The notes under the pieces: model-generated
What the model was told of the DNA's origin: nothing
Seen by the model: the letters and a program-made list of their open reading frames with translations, nothing else
Databases searched by the model: none
Shown here: in pieces, positions 9,953 through 19,085 of the stretch
How positions within the stretch are numbered: position 1 is the first letter of the stretch
How the letters are laid out: the number at the start of each line of letters is the position of its first letter
Assembly: GCA_964372075.1 (NCBI GenBank)
Contig: CAYJPR010000001.1
Span: forward strand, 1 to 55,791
Length of the DNA stretch: 55,791 nucleotides
Reading direction: 5' to 3'
Origin: an uncultured Desulfovibrionaceae bacterium
Lineage (GTDB): Bacteria > Desulfobacterota > Desulfovibrionia > Desulfovibrionales > Desulfovibrionaceae
Program-made: the position numbers and the translations under genes

Positions 9953-11086
9953 TCATTTACTTTCGATGGTCAAATATAGGTCGCCCTGCCATTTGCCCAC
10001 TTTCTTGCCAAGGCCTTTTAAGCGTAAGGGTTTGCCTACCACAAATTCTTTGGGCAGGGTAATTTCTACAGTGGAAAGTTCTTCAGAGAGACCGCGACGA
10101 ATTTGTAAACGAATACGCGCCCCTACAAAGAGATTTCTGGCTGGCATTTTGATGGTTTGCTCATCATCAATTTGCTGTTTAAACCAGCCCATAATTTTTC
10201 CAGAAAAAGAATTAGCCATGTGCATGGCACTTTTAGCATCATTTAAGGTCACCTCCACCGTGGGCGGAGCTGCTTTTTCTGCTTTGGGGGCTGATTCCGG
10301 CTTTACAGATTCTTGCGTCTTTTTTTGGCTAGACTCTTTACTTTCTTCTGCCTTGCTGGAAGCAGAATGAGATGTCGTAGTAGCAGAGGTATCAGCAGTA
10401 GCGCCTTTTTCTGCGCTAGAACTTCCTTGCTTGTTTACGGCGCTATAAATATCTTCAAACACACGCCGCGCAAAAGGATCATCCAAAAGGTCGCGTAATA
10501 CATCTTCTTTGGCATAGGCTTTATGAGCGCGCTGACGCTCGGCATGCACTCTTTCGGCCCACTCTTCACGCTGTTTTTGCCAATCTTGCGCCTCTTTAGC
10601 CTCAGCTTTAGCTTTAGCTTGTTGCTCTGCTCTGGCCTTAGCCTCTGCTTGCGCTTTTACTTTGGCTTCTTCGCGTTGACGAATACGTTCTTGGCGTTCT
10701 TTTTCTTTTTCTTCGCGCTCACGCTCTTTAGCTTGGCGGGCTTTTTCCCGCTCTTCACGCATACGAACCTTTTCAGCTTCATAAGCCTTGCGCTCTGCTT
10801 CGCGTTCTGCTTCCCTGCGTGCATTTTCTTCTTGGCGCTTTTGCTCAACCGCAGCTTCTGCCTTGCGTCTTTCTTCTTCCGCTTCTAAAATGCGCGTCAA
10901 AGAAACATAGGCTTCATTTAAATCCTGAAACTTATAGCCGGCTTGTGGCGTATCAGGATTTAAATCTGGGTGCAATTCAAAAGCCCTGCGTCTATAGGCC
11001 CTTTTGACATCGTCTAAAGAAGCATCTTTAGGCAATTGCAAAAGGGCATAACAATCAGCAAGGCTTAGGGTACGCTTTTTACTCAT
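9953..11086 (-). CDS. J-domain protein with a long charged helix and a DnaJ/CbpA-like C-terminal region
   Basis: N-terminal J domain with HPD (YRRRAFELHPDLNP). It is followed by about 130 aa of E/K/R/A-rich sequence, a Ser/Thr-rich linker and a C-terminal beta-rich part (GKPLRLKGLGKK..GDLYLTI). Confidence 0.8.
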   Translation of the reverse strand: MSKKRTLSLADCYALLQLPKDASLDDVKRAYRRRAFELHPDLNPDTPQAGYKFQDLNEAYVSLTRILEAEEERRKAEAAVEQKRQEENARREAEREAERKAYEAEKVRMREEREKARQAKEREREEKEKERQERIRQREEAKVKAQAEAKARAEQQAKAKAEAKEAQDWQKQREEWAERVHAERQRAHKAYAKEDVLRDLLDDPFARRVFEDIYSAVNKQGSSSAEKGATADTSATTTSHSASSKAEESKESSQKKTQESVKPESAPKAEKAAPPTVEVTLNDAKSAMHMANSFSGKIMGWFKQQIDDEQTIKMPARNLFVGARIRLQIRRGLSEELSTVEITLPKEFVVGKPLRLKGLGKKVGKWQGDLYLTIESK

Positions 11087-11103
11087 ACTACAAAATAACT
11101 CTT

Positions 11104-11547
11104 TTATTTAATAGAAAAAAGTGCATGAGCTTCCTTGGTAGCGTCGCTAGCACCAAGGGCATTTTCTTGTAAATAAGATAAACCTTCTTGCACAAAGGCT
11201 TGATGATCACTTTCCTTGGCAATGCCGGGACAGTAATCCTTAGCAAGGAAAAAACTTTCATTATCGAGCATATTTCCGCGAAAGAAAGGCCACGCACGGC
11301 AAATATCCGGACGCGCCACATGCACGCCACAACCTACGCCTTTTTTGAAAAAGATACAAAAAGCATCATCCCCGCTACGCACCTTAAGTTTACCATTGTG
11401 CATAGCGCCAAATTTTTCACTAAATTCTTGGGCGCTTAATTCTAAATATGTACACAAGCGAGCTAAATCACTGGGGCTTACCACAATGCCGCCTTGCCCT
11501 TCGCAACATTGACCACACATGGTACATTCAAAAACAGATGTTGACAC
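11104..11547 (-). CDS. YkgJ-family Cys-cluster (Zn/Fe-chelating) protein
   Basis: N-terminal CxxCxxCC motif (FECTMCGQCCEG) and a second Cys cluster (FCIFFKKGVGCGVH...RPDICR). Confidence 0.7.
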   Translation of the reverse strand: MSTSVFECTMCGQCCEGQGGIVVSPSDLARLCTYLELSAQEFSEKFGAMHNGKLKVRSGDDAFCIFFKKGVGCGVHVARPDICRAWPFFRGNMLDNESFFLAKDYCPGIAKESDHQAFVQEGLSYLQENALGASDATKEAHALFSIK

Positions 11548-11549
11548 TT

Positions 11550-11963
11550 TTATACTCCAAAGAGTTGTTGATGTACTATTTTAATGCAAATATTTTCCAC
11601 TATATGCACGGGCTTTTCTGCCAAAATAGTTACAGCTTCAGGGGAAAAAATACCTTCCTGCATCCAAAAACATTGTGGTGGCGTGGCTAGTTCCAGCACC
11701 TCTTGTGCATGAGCAGGACAATAAGCAGAGGCTCTAAAAAGATTGACAATATCTATGGCATGGGGAATATGCGCTACACTTTTATAGGTAGGAAGGCCCC
11801 ATACATTTTGCCTTTGAGGATGCACAGGATACACCGTATAACCTGCTTGTAAAAGATAGCGCCCAACGGTATCGACAGGTTGCCCAGCTTTATCTTTAGC
11901 GCCTATAATAGCAATACTTTTTGCTTCTGATAATATTTTCTTTAAACGGGTATCAAAAAACAT
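11550..11963 (-). CDS. CoA-binding domain protein (YccU/YneT-like)
   Basis: 137 aa with the pattern IL...KSIAIIGAKDK.G.P...V.RYL...GY.VYPV.P. Confidence 0.75.
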   Translation of the reverse strand: MFFDTRLKKILSEAKSIAIIGAKDKAGQPVDTVGRYLLQAGYTVYPVHPQRQNVWGLPTYKSVAHIPHAIDIVNLFRASAYCPAHAQEVLELATPPQCFWMQEGIFSPEAVTILAEKPVHIVENICIKIVHQQLFGV

Positions 11964-12180
11964 GCCGCCTCCAAGGGCGCAACTATACGCAGGTATGGCA
12001 AGAAGTGCAATTTCTTTTACATGGCTTTCGGTATAGATAACGCTTGGTCGTACGTCCTACTGAGTAGGAAAAATATGACCCTTGTCATACACAGCAAAAA
12101 GGTATACTTTTTGTCTTTACAAAATATACATGGATACCATATTTTTTATGCCTTTTGAGATGAGCTGAACAAGGATTCCT

Positions 12181-13416
12181 ATGACCACACCGTGCTTTAG
12201 TGTAGAAAAACTGCCATTGGAAGAAATGCAGCGTCGCCACCAATTATGCCGTGAGCTGTGCCAACACTATCACCCTCAAGCCGGCGGTATGCTCTTTTTT
12301 TCCCGCCTTGCTGTTTATTATATGACAGGCACCTTTGCCGATGGTGCTTTTTGGTTACCTTTAGAAGGTGCACCGCTGCTTTTTGTACGTCGCGGCGCTG
12401 AACGCGCGCAACTGGAAAGCCCCATAGAACACATCTACACCTTCCCGCTTTGGAAAGAATTACCCCATATATGCCAAGAAGCCGGTTCCCCTTTATCACC
12501 TACTATTGCGGCAGAAATGGGCGCTTTGCCGTGGAATATGTCCACGCAATTACAATTTGCTTTGCATACGCATAGTTTTGTTTCTGCAGATGCCCTACTT
12601 TTAGATGCGCGCTCGCGTAAGTCCCCTTGGGAACTTAAAAAAATGCGCCTAGCCGGTGCGCGTCACCATGAGGGTGTTTTTCACCGTATTCCTGAACAGA
12701 TTCACGCCGGTATGAACGAGCGCGAGTTAGCCATTCAATCATGGAAAGTCTTTTTTGCTTTAGGACATAGCGGCATGAACCGCATGGGGCATTTTGGCGA
12801 AGAATGCTTTTTAGGCCATATTGCCGCCGGTGATAATGGCAACTATCCCAGCCATTTTAATGGTCCCTTGGGCCTTAAAGGCGAACACCCCGCCGTGCCC
12901 TATATGGGCAATGCGCAAAGCATTTGGGAAAAAAATCAAATTTTAGCCATGGATATTGGCTATGTGCTTGAAGGCTATCATACGGATAAAACGCAAGTCT
13001 ATTTTTCCGGAAAATTACAAGATATGCCCCTAGAAGCTCGCAAAGCCCATGATGCCTGCATAGAGATTCAGCAAAGGGCCGCCGAGCGTTTACGCCCAGG
13101 GGCCATCCCCAGTGAAATTTGGGAGGAAGCCAAAGCCAGCGCCAAACGCCACGGCATAGAAGAAGGCTTCATGGGCCGTGATGGTAATAAAGTGCCCTTC
13201 CTTGGGCATGGTATTGGCCTTGTTATTGATGAATTTCCCGTCATTGCTTCCCGTTTTGACGCGCCCCTCATTGAAGGCATGACCATTGCCCTTGAGCCCA
13301 AGGTGGGTCTGAAAGGTCTGGGTATGGTGGGGGTAGAAAACACCTTTGAAGTGACCGCACAGGGCGGTATTTCTCTTACCGGTGAGGATTTTTCCGTCAT
13401 AGAGGTGCAAAAATAA
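12181..13416 (+). CDS. M24-family Xaa-Pro aminopeptidase/dipeptidase with intact metal ligands
   Basis: Pita-bread fold motifs are present with all five ligands: MDIG (D), HTDKT (D), GHGIG (H), ALEP (E) and VENT (E). Confidence 0.85.
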   Translation: MTTPCFSVEKLPLEEMQRRHQLCRELCQHYHPQAGGMLFFSRLAVYYMTGTFADGAFWLPLEGAPLLFVRRGAERAQLESPIEHIYTFPLWKELPHICQEAGSPLSPTIAAEMGALPWNMSTQLQFALHTHSFVSADALLLDARSRKSPWELKKMRLAGARHHEGVFHRIPEQIHAGMNERELAIQSWKVFFALGHSGMNRMGHFGEECFLGHIAAGDNGNYPSHFNGPLGLKGEHPAVPYMGNAQSIWEKNQILAMDIGYVLEGYHTDKTQVYFSGKLQDMPLEARKAHDACIEIQQRAAERLRPGAIPSEIWEEAKASAKRHGIEEGFMGRDGNKVPFLGHGIGLVIDEFPVIASRFDAPLIEGMTIALEPKVGLKGLGMVGVENTFEVTAQGGISLTGEDFSVIEVQK

Positions 13417-14663
13417 TGTTTACAGCCACACAATTACCCGCCGAAGAAGCTAAAATTCGCCAAGAACAATGTCGCCGTCAATTACAAGCCTTTGCCCCAG
13501 AGGCCAGCGGTATGCTCATTTTTTCGCGCACCAACATTTATTACCTTACCGGAACCCGTTCCAATGGTATCTTATGGTTACCCAGTAAGGGAGAGCCTGT
13601 GCTTATGGTACGCAAAGCGCCTGAGCGTTGTCGTCTGGAAAGCCCGCTTAAGCATATTGTCTCCTTTAAATCCTATACGCATATTCCGGAACTGTGTGCG
13701 CAATGCGGTGTTCCCCTCACAGGAGAACAAGGTACCAGCACCGTATTAGGTGCGGAAATGCGTGCTTTGCCTTGGTCGTTGGCAAAAATGCTCCAAGAGC
13801 GTTTAGCCTCTTTTTCCTTTTGCGATACCAGCGCCGTTTTTGATATTGCAAGGCAAGAAAAAACCCCCTTTGAACTACGCCTCTTACGCCATAGCGCCCA
13901 GCAGCACAGCCTTGCTCTGCAAGAGCATATCCCTCAAGCCTTACATGTAGGCATGAGCGAACAAGATATTAGCCACAAAATGTGGGATGTGTTTTTCTCT
14001 CTGGGCCATGGCGGCATGTTACGCCAAGACCGCTATAATAGTGACATTTTTCTAGGAAATATTGCCACAGGAAAAAATGCCCTCTACCCTACCCCCTTCC
14101 GCTCCCCTCTGGGCTGTGTGGGCGAGCACCCTGCCATGCCCTATATGGGCTATGCCGGAAGCGTATGGCAAAAAAACACCGCTCTTATGCTAGACACAGG
14201 CTTCATGTTTGAAGGCTATCACAGCAGCGCTGCCGCCACATACTTTGCTGGTAAAAAAGAACATATACCTACAGCCATGGCTGAGGCTTATGCCTTTTGT
14301 GTGCAGGTTATGGAAGAAGCGCAGAAAAAACTTAAGGTAGGCGTGAATTTAGCTGAAATATGGCATACGGCGCATTCCAAAGCTCAAGCGGCCGGATACG
14401 GTAACACCTTTATGGGTATGGAAGGCAATTATACCCCCATACTGGGTTCCGGCCTTGGACTAAGCATGGAAGAATGGCCTGCCATAAGCGCACAAAATGT
14501 GCTCTGTACCAATCATGCCGTATTAACCCTAAGCCCCATGGTGGCCCTGCCTGAATATGGCATGGTGGGGCTTAAGGCTGTTTTTGAAGTGCAGGGGCAA
14601 AATGCCATTTGTATAACGCCCTATGCAAAAGAAATTATTTGTGTGGAAGAAGCCCCACAATAA
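13416..14663 (+). CDS. M24-family paralog with degenerate metal site (probable pseudo-peptidase)
   Basis: It aligns collinearly with the upstream M24 gene. Ligand positions read LDTG (D kept), HSSAA (D to S), GSGLG (H to S), LSP (E to S) and LKA (E to K). The start overlaps the upstream stop as TAATG at 13414-13418. Confidence 0.8.
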   Translation: MFTATQLPAEEAKIRQEQCRRQLQAFAPEASGMLIFSRTNIYYLTGTRSNGILWLPSKGEPVLMVRKAPERCRLESPLKHIVSFKSYTHIPELCAQCGVPLTGEQGTSTVLGAEMRALPWSLAKMLQERLASFSFCDTSAVFDIARQEKTPFELRLLRHSAQQHSLALQEHIPQALHVGMSEQDISHKMWDVFFSLGHGGMLRQDRYNSDIFLGNIATGKNALYPTPFRSPLGCVGEHPAMPYMGYAGSVWQKNTALMLDTGFMFEGYHSSAAATYFAGKKEHIPTAMAEAYAFCVQVMEEAQKKLKVGVNLAEIWHTAHSKAQAAGYGNTFMGMEGNYTPILGSGLGLSMEEWPAISAQNVLCTNHAVLTLSPMVALPEYGMVGLKAVFEVQGQNAICITPYAKEIICVEEAPQ

Positions 14664-14696
14664 CTATTGTAAATAATATACATATATCTAACCTTA

Positions 14697-14739
14697 AAAG
14701 CCCTTTGTTGTAGCAAATTACAACAAAGGGCTTTTATTA
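14697..14739. terminator. bidirectional terminator between the M24 pair and the aldo/keto reductase
   Basis: Perfect long stem AAAAGCCCUUUGUUGU / ACAACAAAGGGCUUUU with an 7-8 nt loop. The flanks are T-rich in both orientations. Confidence 0.85.
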
Positions 14740-14806
14740 TGGCAGTTAGATTCACGCCACCTTTCAACAAATAGCGCTTGTATGCTCGTATTTCCAGCAG
14801 GATACG

Positions 14807-15958
14807 TTATGACGTATGGAAAATTTCTTTTGCTTTTTCCATATTTTCACGAATTTGCACGCCAAAGGGGCAATTGGGCTCACACTGTCCGCACATAAGA
14901 CAATCCTGCGCATTATTAGACAAAGAAGCATAATGTTGACGCACACTTTGCGCAACGACGTCTTGTTGTAAGGCTAAATCCAGATACTTGGTCACGGCCG
15001 CAATATCAATCTGTGAAGGGCATGGCTGGCAATGATTGCAATACATACATCGCCCTGTCATAACTATCTTTTTCTCATTGGCAAAAATATGTCCGTACTC
15101 ACGTTCTTGCGGTTCTATGGCATAATATTCCACAGCCTGCTCCACTTGCTGCGCCGTATCACAGCCAATAAGCACAACCCGCACCCCACTGCGTTGCAAG
15201 CAATAATGAATGCATTGAGGAACAGTCATTGCCACACCAAAAGGTGAACTTTTTTCGCTCAGTAAGCTTCCTGCGCCTAAGGCCTTCATAACGGTAATGG
15301 CAACACCTAGGTTTTCACAAGCACTATACAGTTTTTGCCTTGCCGCATCTACAGTCCATGCTTGCTCGCCTAGGCCTTTATAATCCATAAGCGTATATAT
15401 ATCCGTTTCGGCATGCTCCATATCATAGGCCGCATTTATACTAAACATCAATACATCTATAAGCCCACTTTCCACAGCTTTTAAAGCAATGCGCGGATTA
15501 TGTGAACTTAAGCCTATATGTTTTATGATGCCCTTTTCTTTTTGTTCTTTGACATAGTGAATAATATCGGACTCAAATACAGATACATAATCATCTTCAC
15601 TATCTACATAGTGAATCATGCCTATATCAATATAGTCTGTGCCTAATCTTGCAAGTAAGTCTTCAAAGGAGTCTTTTGTTTTTTGTAAATCACGTGTTCT
15701 TTCATATTGATTATCTTCAAACACGGTACAAAAATGCCCTTGAATAATAAATTTATGCCGTCTGCCTTTAAGAGCTTCGCCAATGGCATCTCTGGTGGGA
15801 GCTTGCGGCATAAACACATCTAAAAAGTTTATGCCTACTTCTTCAGCTTTATCTATAATGGCGCAAACATGCTCAGTGCTTTTATTATTAAACCATTCCC
15901 CGCCCAAACCAATTTTGCCAACTTTTAGTTGCGTTCTGCCAAGTGTTGTATATTCCAT
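14807..15958 (-). CDS. aldo/keto reductase fused to a C-terminal 4Fe-4S cluster domain
   Basis: AKR N-terminus (LG.T.L.V..IGLGG). The C-terminus has two Cys clusters (CMYCNHCQPCP, CLMCGQCEPNCP). Start taken at ATG 15958 (MEYTTLG). Confidence 0.8.
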   Translation of the reverse strand: MEYTTLGRTQLKVGKIGLGGEWFNNKSTEHVCAIIDKAEEVGINFLDVFMPQAPTRDAIGEALKGRRHKFIIQGHFCTVFEDNQYERTRDLQKTKDSFEDLLARLGTDYIDIGMIHYVDSEDDYVSVFESDIIHYVKEQKEKGIIKHIGLSSHNPRIALKAVESGLIDVLMFSINAAYDMEHAETDIYTLMDYKGLGEQAWTVDAARQKLYSACENLGVAITVMKALGAGSLLSEKSSPFGVAMTVPQCIHYCLQRSGVRVVLIGCDTAQQVEQAVEYYAIEPQEREYGHIFANEKKIVMTGRCMYCNHCQPCPSQIDIAAVTKYLDLALQQDVVAQSVRQHYASLSNNAQDCLMCGQCEPNCPFGVQIRENMEKAKEIFHTS

Positions 15959-16110
15959 AGTGTACCCCATTATGCGTATAGTGAATATTGTATGCAAGTA
16001 CATTCGTGCAGAATATTACTTGGTTTTATGCAATAAGTAGTTAAGCAATATAAACATTTTTACACTACGTCAAGAGAGCACCTTCATTTCACTTAGGAAC
16101 ATACAGGTAA

Positions 16111-17766
16111 CTATTTACTCGTTGTAATTCTTTTGCTGGGGCGCACATCAGCATATTCACTGCCCACTACCCCATGCAAGTTTTTGGTGAAATAGGTAAT
16201 AAGAACATCACTATCAAGCATAAACATATCTTTTAAAATTTTTGCATTTTTGAACATAGACATGCCATCACCTGCTTTTTTCACCATATAATCATGCGTG
16301 GCAAGGGTATATATTTTGCTTTCATCAAGGGCTTTTCCGCCTATCCTAATATTTTTTACGCGATATGCACCTTCCACAGAAATAAAGCTTCCTTGATCAT
16401 TCACTTTCACGCTGGAGGGAATGGAGCCATCAATCTCATATGACATACCGGACACTTGTAAAAAACCGCCATTGGCAGCCGGCCATGTGCGCGAAGCCAT
16501 TTCCAAAGCATCTTTAATGGTTTTACCACTCACCTCTAGGGAAATAATGCTGTTGCCATAAGGATGAAGATTGATAATTTCTTTATAGGTAATAGGCCCT
16601 TTATCTATATTTGCTCTCAGGCCACTGCCATTGGTTATGGCAATATCTGTTTCAAGAATGCTACGATAGGCATCTGTAACTAAATTTCCAAGATTAGTTT
16701 CAGCCATGCGCGAAAGCTCTGCTCTTCCCTGAGTTGCCACCAGTTCATACTCACTGTGCGCGACTTCTTTTTCTAAAATTTCTTCAAATTCAGCTTGTAC
16801 TTCATGGACTAAAGCTTGTACTTTTGCATCTTTTTTCGTGTACTTACCCTGCCCCCCAAAAAGCAGAGCTGTAATGTCATTTTCAGGGCTTTGATTGGGG
16901 TCGATGATGATTTTCCCAATTCTTTCTAGCTTTGTACCGGTTTGCGAAAGAATAACATCTTCATTATTTTTATTTTTATACACTGCACCTTCCACAATAG
17001 AATGCGAATGCCCATCAAGAACCACATCAATACCTTCGGTATGGGCTATAAGGTCAGTGGAACGCCAGGGAGCAGACGTGGCATCTATACCCAAATGAGC
17101 AAGGGCGACCACATATTCTGCACCTTCTGCGCGCGCTTTATCCACGCTTTCTTGCACATTTTTATAGAGCTTTTGCCCACTTTTATCTTCCGCTAGGGTA
17201 TATATCAGCTTACCTTGTTCATCTTGAAAATAGGTAACGCTTACTTTTGTAAAGGACTCAGGGGTTGTTATGCCTACGAAAGCAATATCAATACCATCAA
17301 TGGTATGTATTTCATAAGGAGCAAATACGGATTTCCCTGTTCTCATATCTATAAAATTCGAGGAAACAATTTTTGATTCCATCATACCGGTAAGTTCGAA
17401 CATTCGCGGTATTTCATAATCAAACTCATGGTTGCCAAGAACGAAATACTCATACTCAACGGCATTCATCAATTTAACAATAGCTTCACCTTTCGTAAGC
17501 ATGGCCACGCTTGCGCCTTGTACTGCATCACCTGAATCCACTAATATAACATTATCAATGCCGTATTTTTCTTCCATATCTTTTTTATAAGCGGCTAAAC
17601 CTGCATAGCCAATATGGTCATCAATGCCAGCATGAACATCATTTGTATGAAGAATAACAATTTTTTCATGCCTGTCAGCTTTATGTGGCGCTTGTTGCGT
17701 TTGATACGCACAGGCCGATGCCAGCAGTGAGAAGGTAAGCGTTGAAAGCAAAAGTAGTTTTTTCAT
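16111..17766 (-). CDS. secreted bifunctional metallophosphatase / 5'-nucleotidase (UshA-like), probable lipoprotein
   Basis: Signal peptide ending in LLASAC. Calcineurin-like motifs are present (ILHTNDVH, DSGDA.QG, GNHEFD, LAHLG, GHSH), and the C-terminal 5'-nucleotidase domain follows. Confidence 0.9.
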   Translation of the reverse strand: MKKLLLLSTLTFSLLASACAYQTQQAPHKADRHEKIVILHTNDVHAGIDDHIGYAGLAAYKKDMEEKYGIDNVILVDSGDAVQGASVAMLTKGEAIVKLMNAVEYEYFVLGNHEFDYEIPRMFELTGMMESKIVSSNFIDMRTGKSVFAPYEIHTIDGIDIAFVGITTPESFTKVSVTYFQDEQGKLIYTLAEDKSGQKLYKNVQESVDKARAEGAEYVVALAHLGIDATSAPWRSTDLIAHTEGIDVVLDGHSHSIVEGAVYKNKNNEDVILSQTGTKLERIGKIIIDPNQSPENDITALLFGGQGKYTKKDAKVQALVHEVQAEFEEILEKEVAHSEYELVATQGRAELSRMAETNLGNLVTDAYRSILETDIAITNGSGLRANIDKGPITYKEIINLHPYGNSIISLEVSGKTIKDALEMASRTWPAANGGFLQVSGMSYEIDGSIPSSVKVNDQGSFISVEGAYRVKNIRIGGKALDESKIYTLATHDYMVKKAGDGMSMFKNAKILKDMFMLDSDVLITYFTKNLHGVVGSEYADVRPSKRITTSK

Positions 17767-17971
17767 GGTATTCCTCCTTTTAGTCTATGTGGTCCATGTA
17801 GAAAAAATATATTTTCTATGTTTATACGCTCTGGTAAACCGTTTTTAATACTTTTATTTCAGACAATATATATCTTTAATACCTAGAGAGAGTGTAAAGC
17901 ATTTACTCATGCCCATAAAGACAAACTTGCTTGAGAATGGCTACGGCTATAAATGAAAGCCCTTAACGTTC

Positions 17972-18000
17972 AAAGCCCCCTACATTTCGTAGAGGGCTTT
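17972..18000. terminator. hairpin just downstream of the HD-GYP regulator gene
   Basis: 12-bp stem with one mismatch (AAAGCCCCCUAC/GUAGAGGGCUUU) and a 5-nt loop, 28 nt after the stop. The U-run is poor in the minus orientation, so its function is uncertain. Confidence 0.4.
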
Positions 18001-18027
18001 ATTTTACATATGAAGAGTACGTCTTAA

Positions 18028-19074
18028 CTACACTTCTTTTAAGTTAGCATTCACATATTCTTTAATAAATTCAAGGTTATCTAAGAACACCTTCAAAAGC
18101 TCTGCATCAAAGCTTTTACTGGAATTATGCTGTAATATTCCTATTACTTTTTCCTCAGGTAACCCCGCTCGATACACTCTGTCAGACAAAAGAGCGTCAA
18201 ATACATCGGCAATACTTACCACTCTTGCTTCAATAGGTATTTCTTCACCACGCAAGCCCTTAGGATATCCGCTACCGTCCCAGTTTTCATGGTGATTTCT
18301 TGCTATGAGCTCTCCCATCTTGATAACGGGATTTTGTGAACCTAAAAGCATATCAGCGCCCACCACTGCGTGAGTGCGAATAATATTAAATTCCTCTTCA
18401 GTAAGTTTACCAGGCTTACGTAATACACTGTCAGGAATAGCAATTTTACCTATATCGTGTAGGGGGGCGGCGCTTTTTATAACAGAGATTCTTTCCTCAT
18501 CCCACCCTAGCAACATTCCCATACAAGCACTAATTAACCCAATACGTTGTACATGTTCCCCTGTTTCTCCATCGCGCATTTCTAAGGCGGTGAAAAGACG
18601 TCGTACAATTTCTTCTTGCGCGTCGCGAATAGTTGCTGTTTGTTCTAAAACCAAGGAGTGAAGATTCTTATTCATATGACGCAATTGATGTTCTGCATCG
18701 ATAACTCTATTGCCTACTTGAATACGCATTTGTAATTCTGCGCCTTCTGAGCCTTTAACAATATAATCGTCCACTTCACCTTGGCTAAAACCTTCAATTT
18801 TATCTGCAGATTCACTACGCCCGGTTAGTAAAATAATGTAAATATAATGCGTATCTTTGCTCAATTTTCGTACATTGCGCGCAAGCTCAATACCATCCAT
18901 AACAGGCATCATCCAATCAGTAATAAGCATATCTACATTTTCAATATCTGAAGAAATAGCATCAAATGCTTCTTGTCCGTTGGCACACTCTATAACCTCA
19001 TGTCCCATGCGGCGCAAATGACTAGCAAGAATAAGCCGACTCATCTCTTGATCTTCTGCAATAACAATACGCAT
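18028..19074 (-). CDS. response regulator with receiver plus HD-GYP domain (c-di-GMP phosphodiesterase type)
   Basis: REC domain (MRIVIAEDQ...DMLITDWMMP.MDG). HD-GYP signature is present (APLHDIGKIAIPD..L.KPGKLT..EF...H, HHENWDGSGYPKGL). Confidence 0.9.
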   Translation of the reverse strand: MRIVIAEDQEMSRLILASHLRRMGHEVIECANGQEAFDAISSDIENVDMLITDWMMPVMDGIELARNVRKLSKDTHYIYIILLTGRSESADKIEGFSQGEVDDYIVKGSEGAELQMRIQVGNRVIDAEHQLRHMNKNLHSLVLEQTATIRDAQEEIVRRLFTALEMRDGETGEHVQRIGLISACMGMLLGWDEERISVIKSAAPLHDIGKIAIPDSVLRKPGKLTEEEFNIIRTHAVVGADMLLGSQNPVIKMGELIARNHHENWDGSGYPKGLRGEEIPIEARVVSIADVFDALLSDRVYRAGLPEEKVIGILQHNSSKSFDAELLKVFLDNLEFIKEYVNANLKEV

Positions 19075-19085
19075 AATTTTACCTT

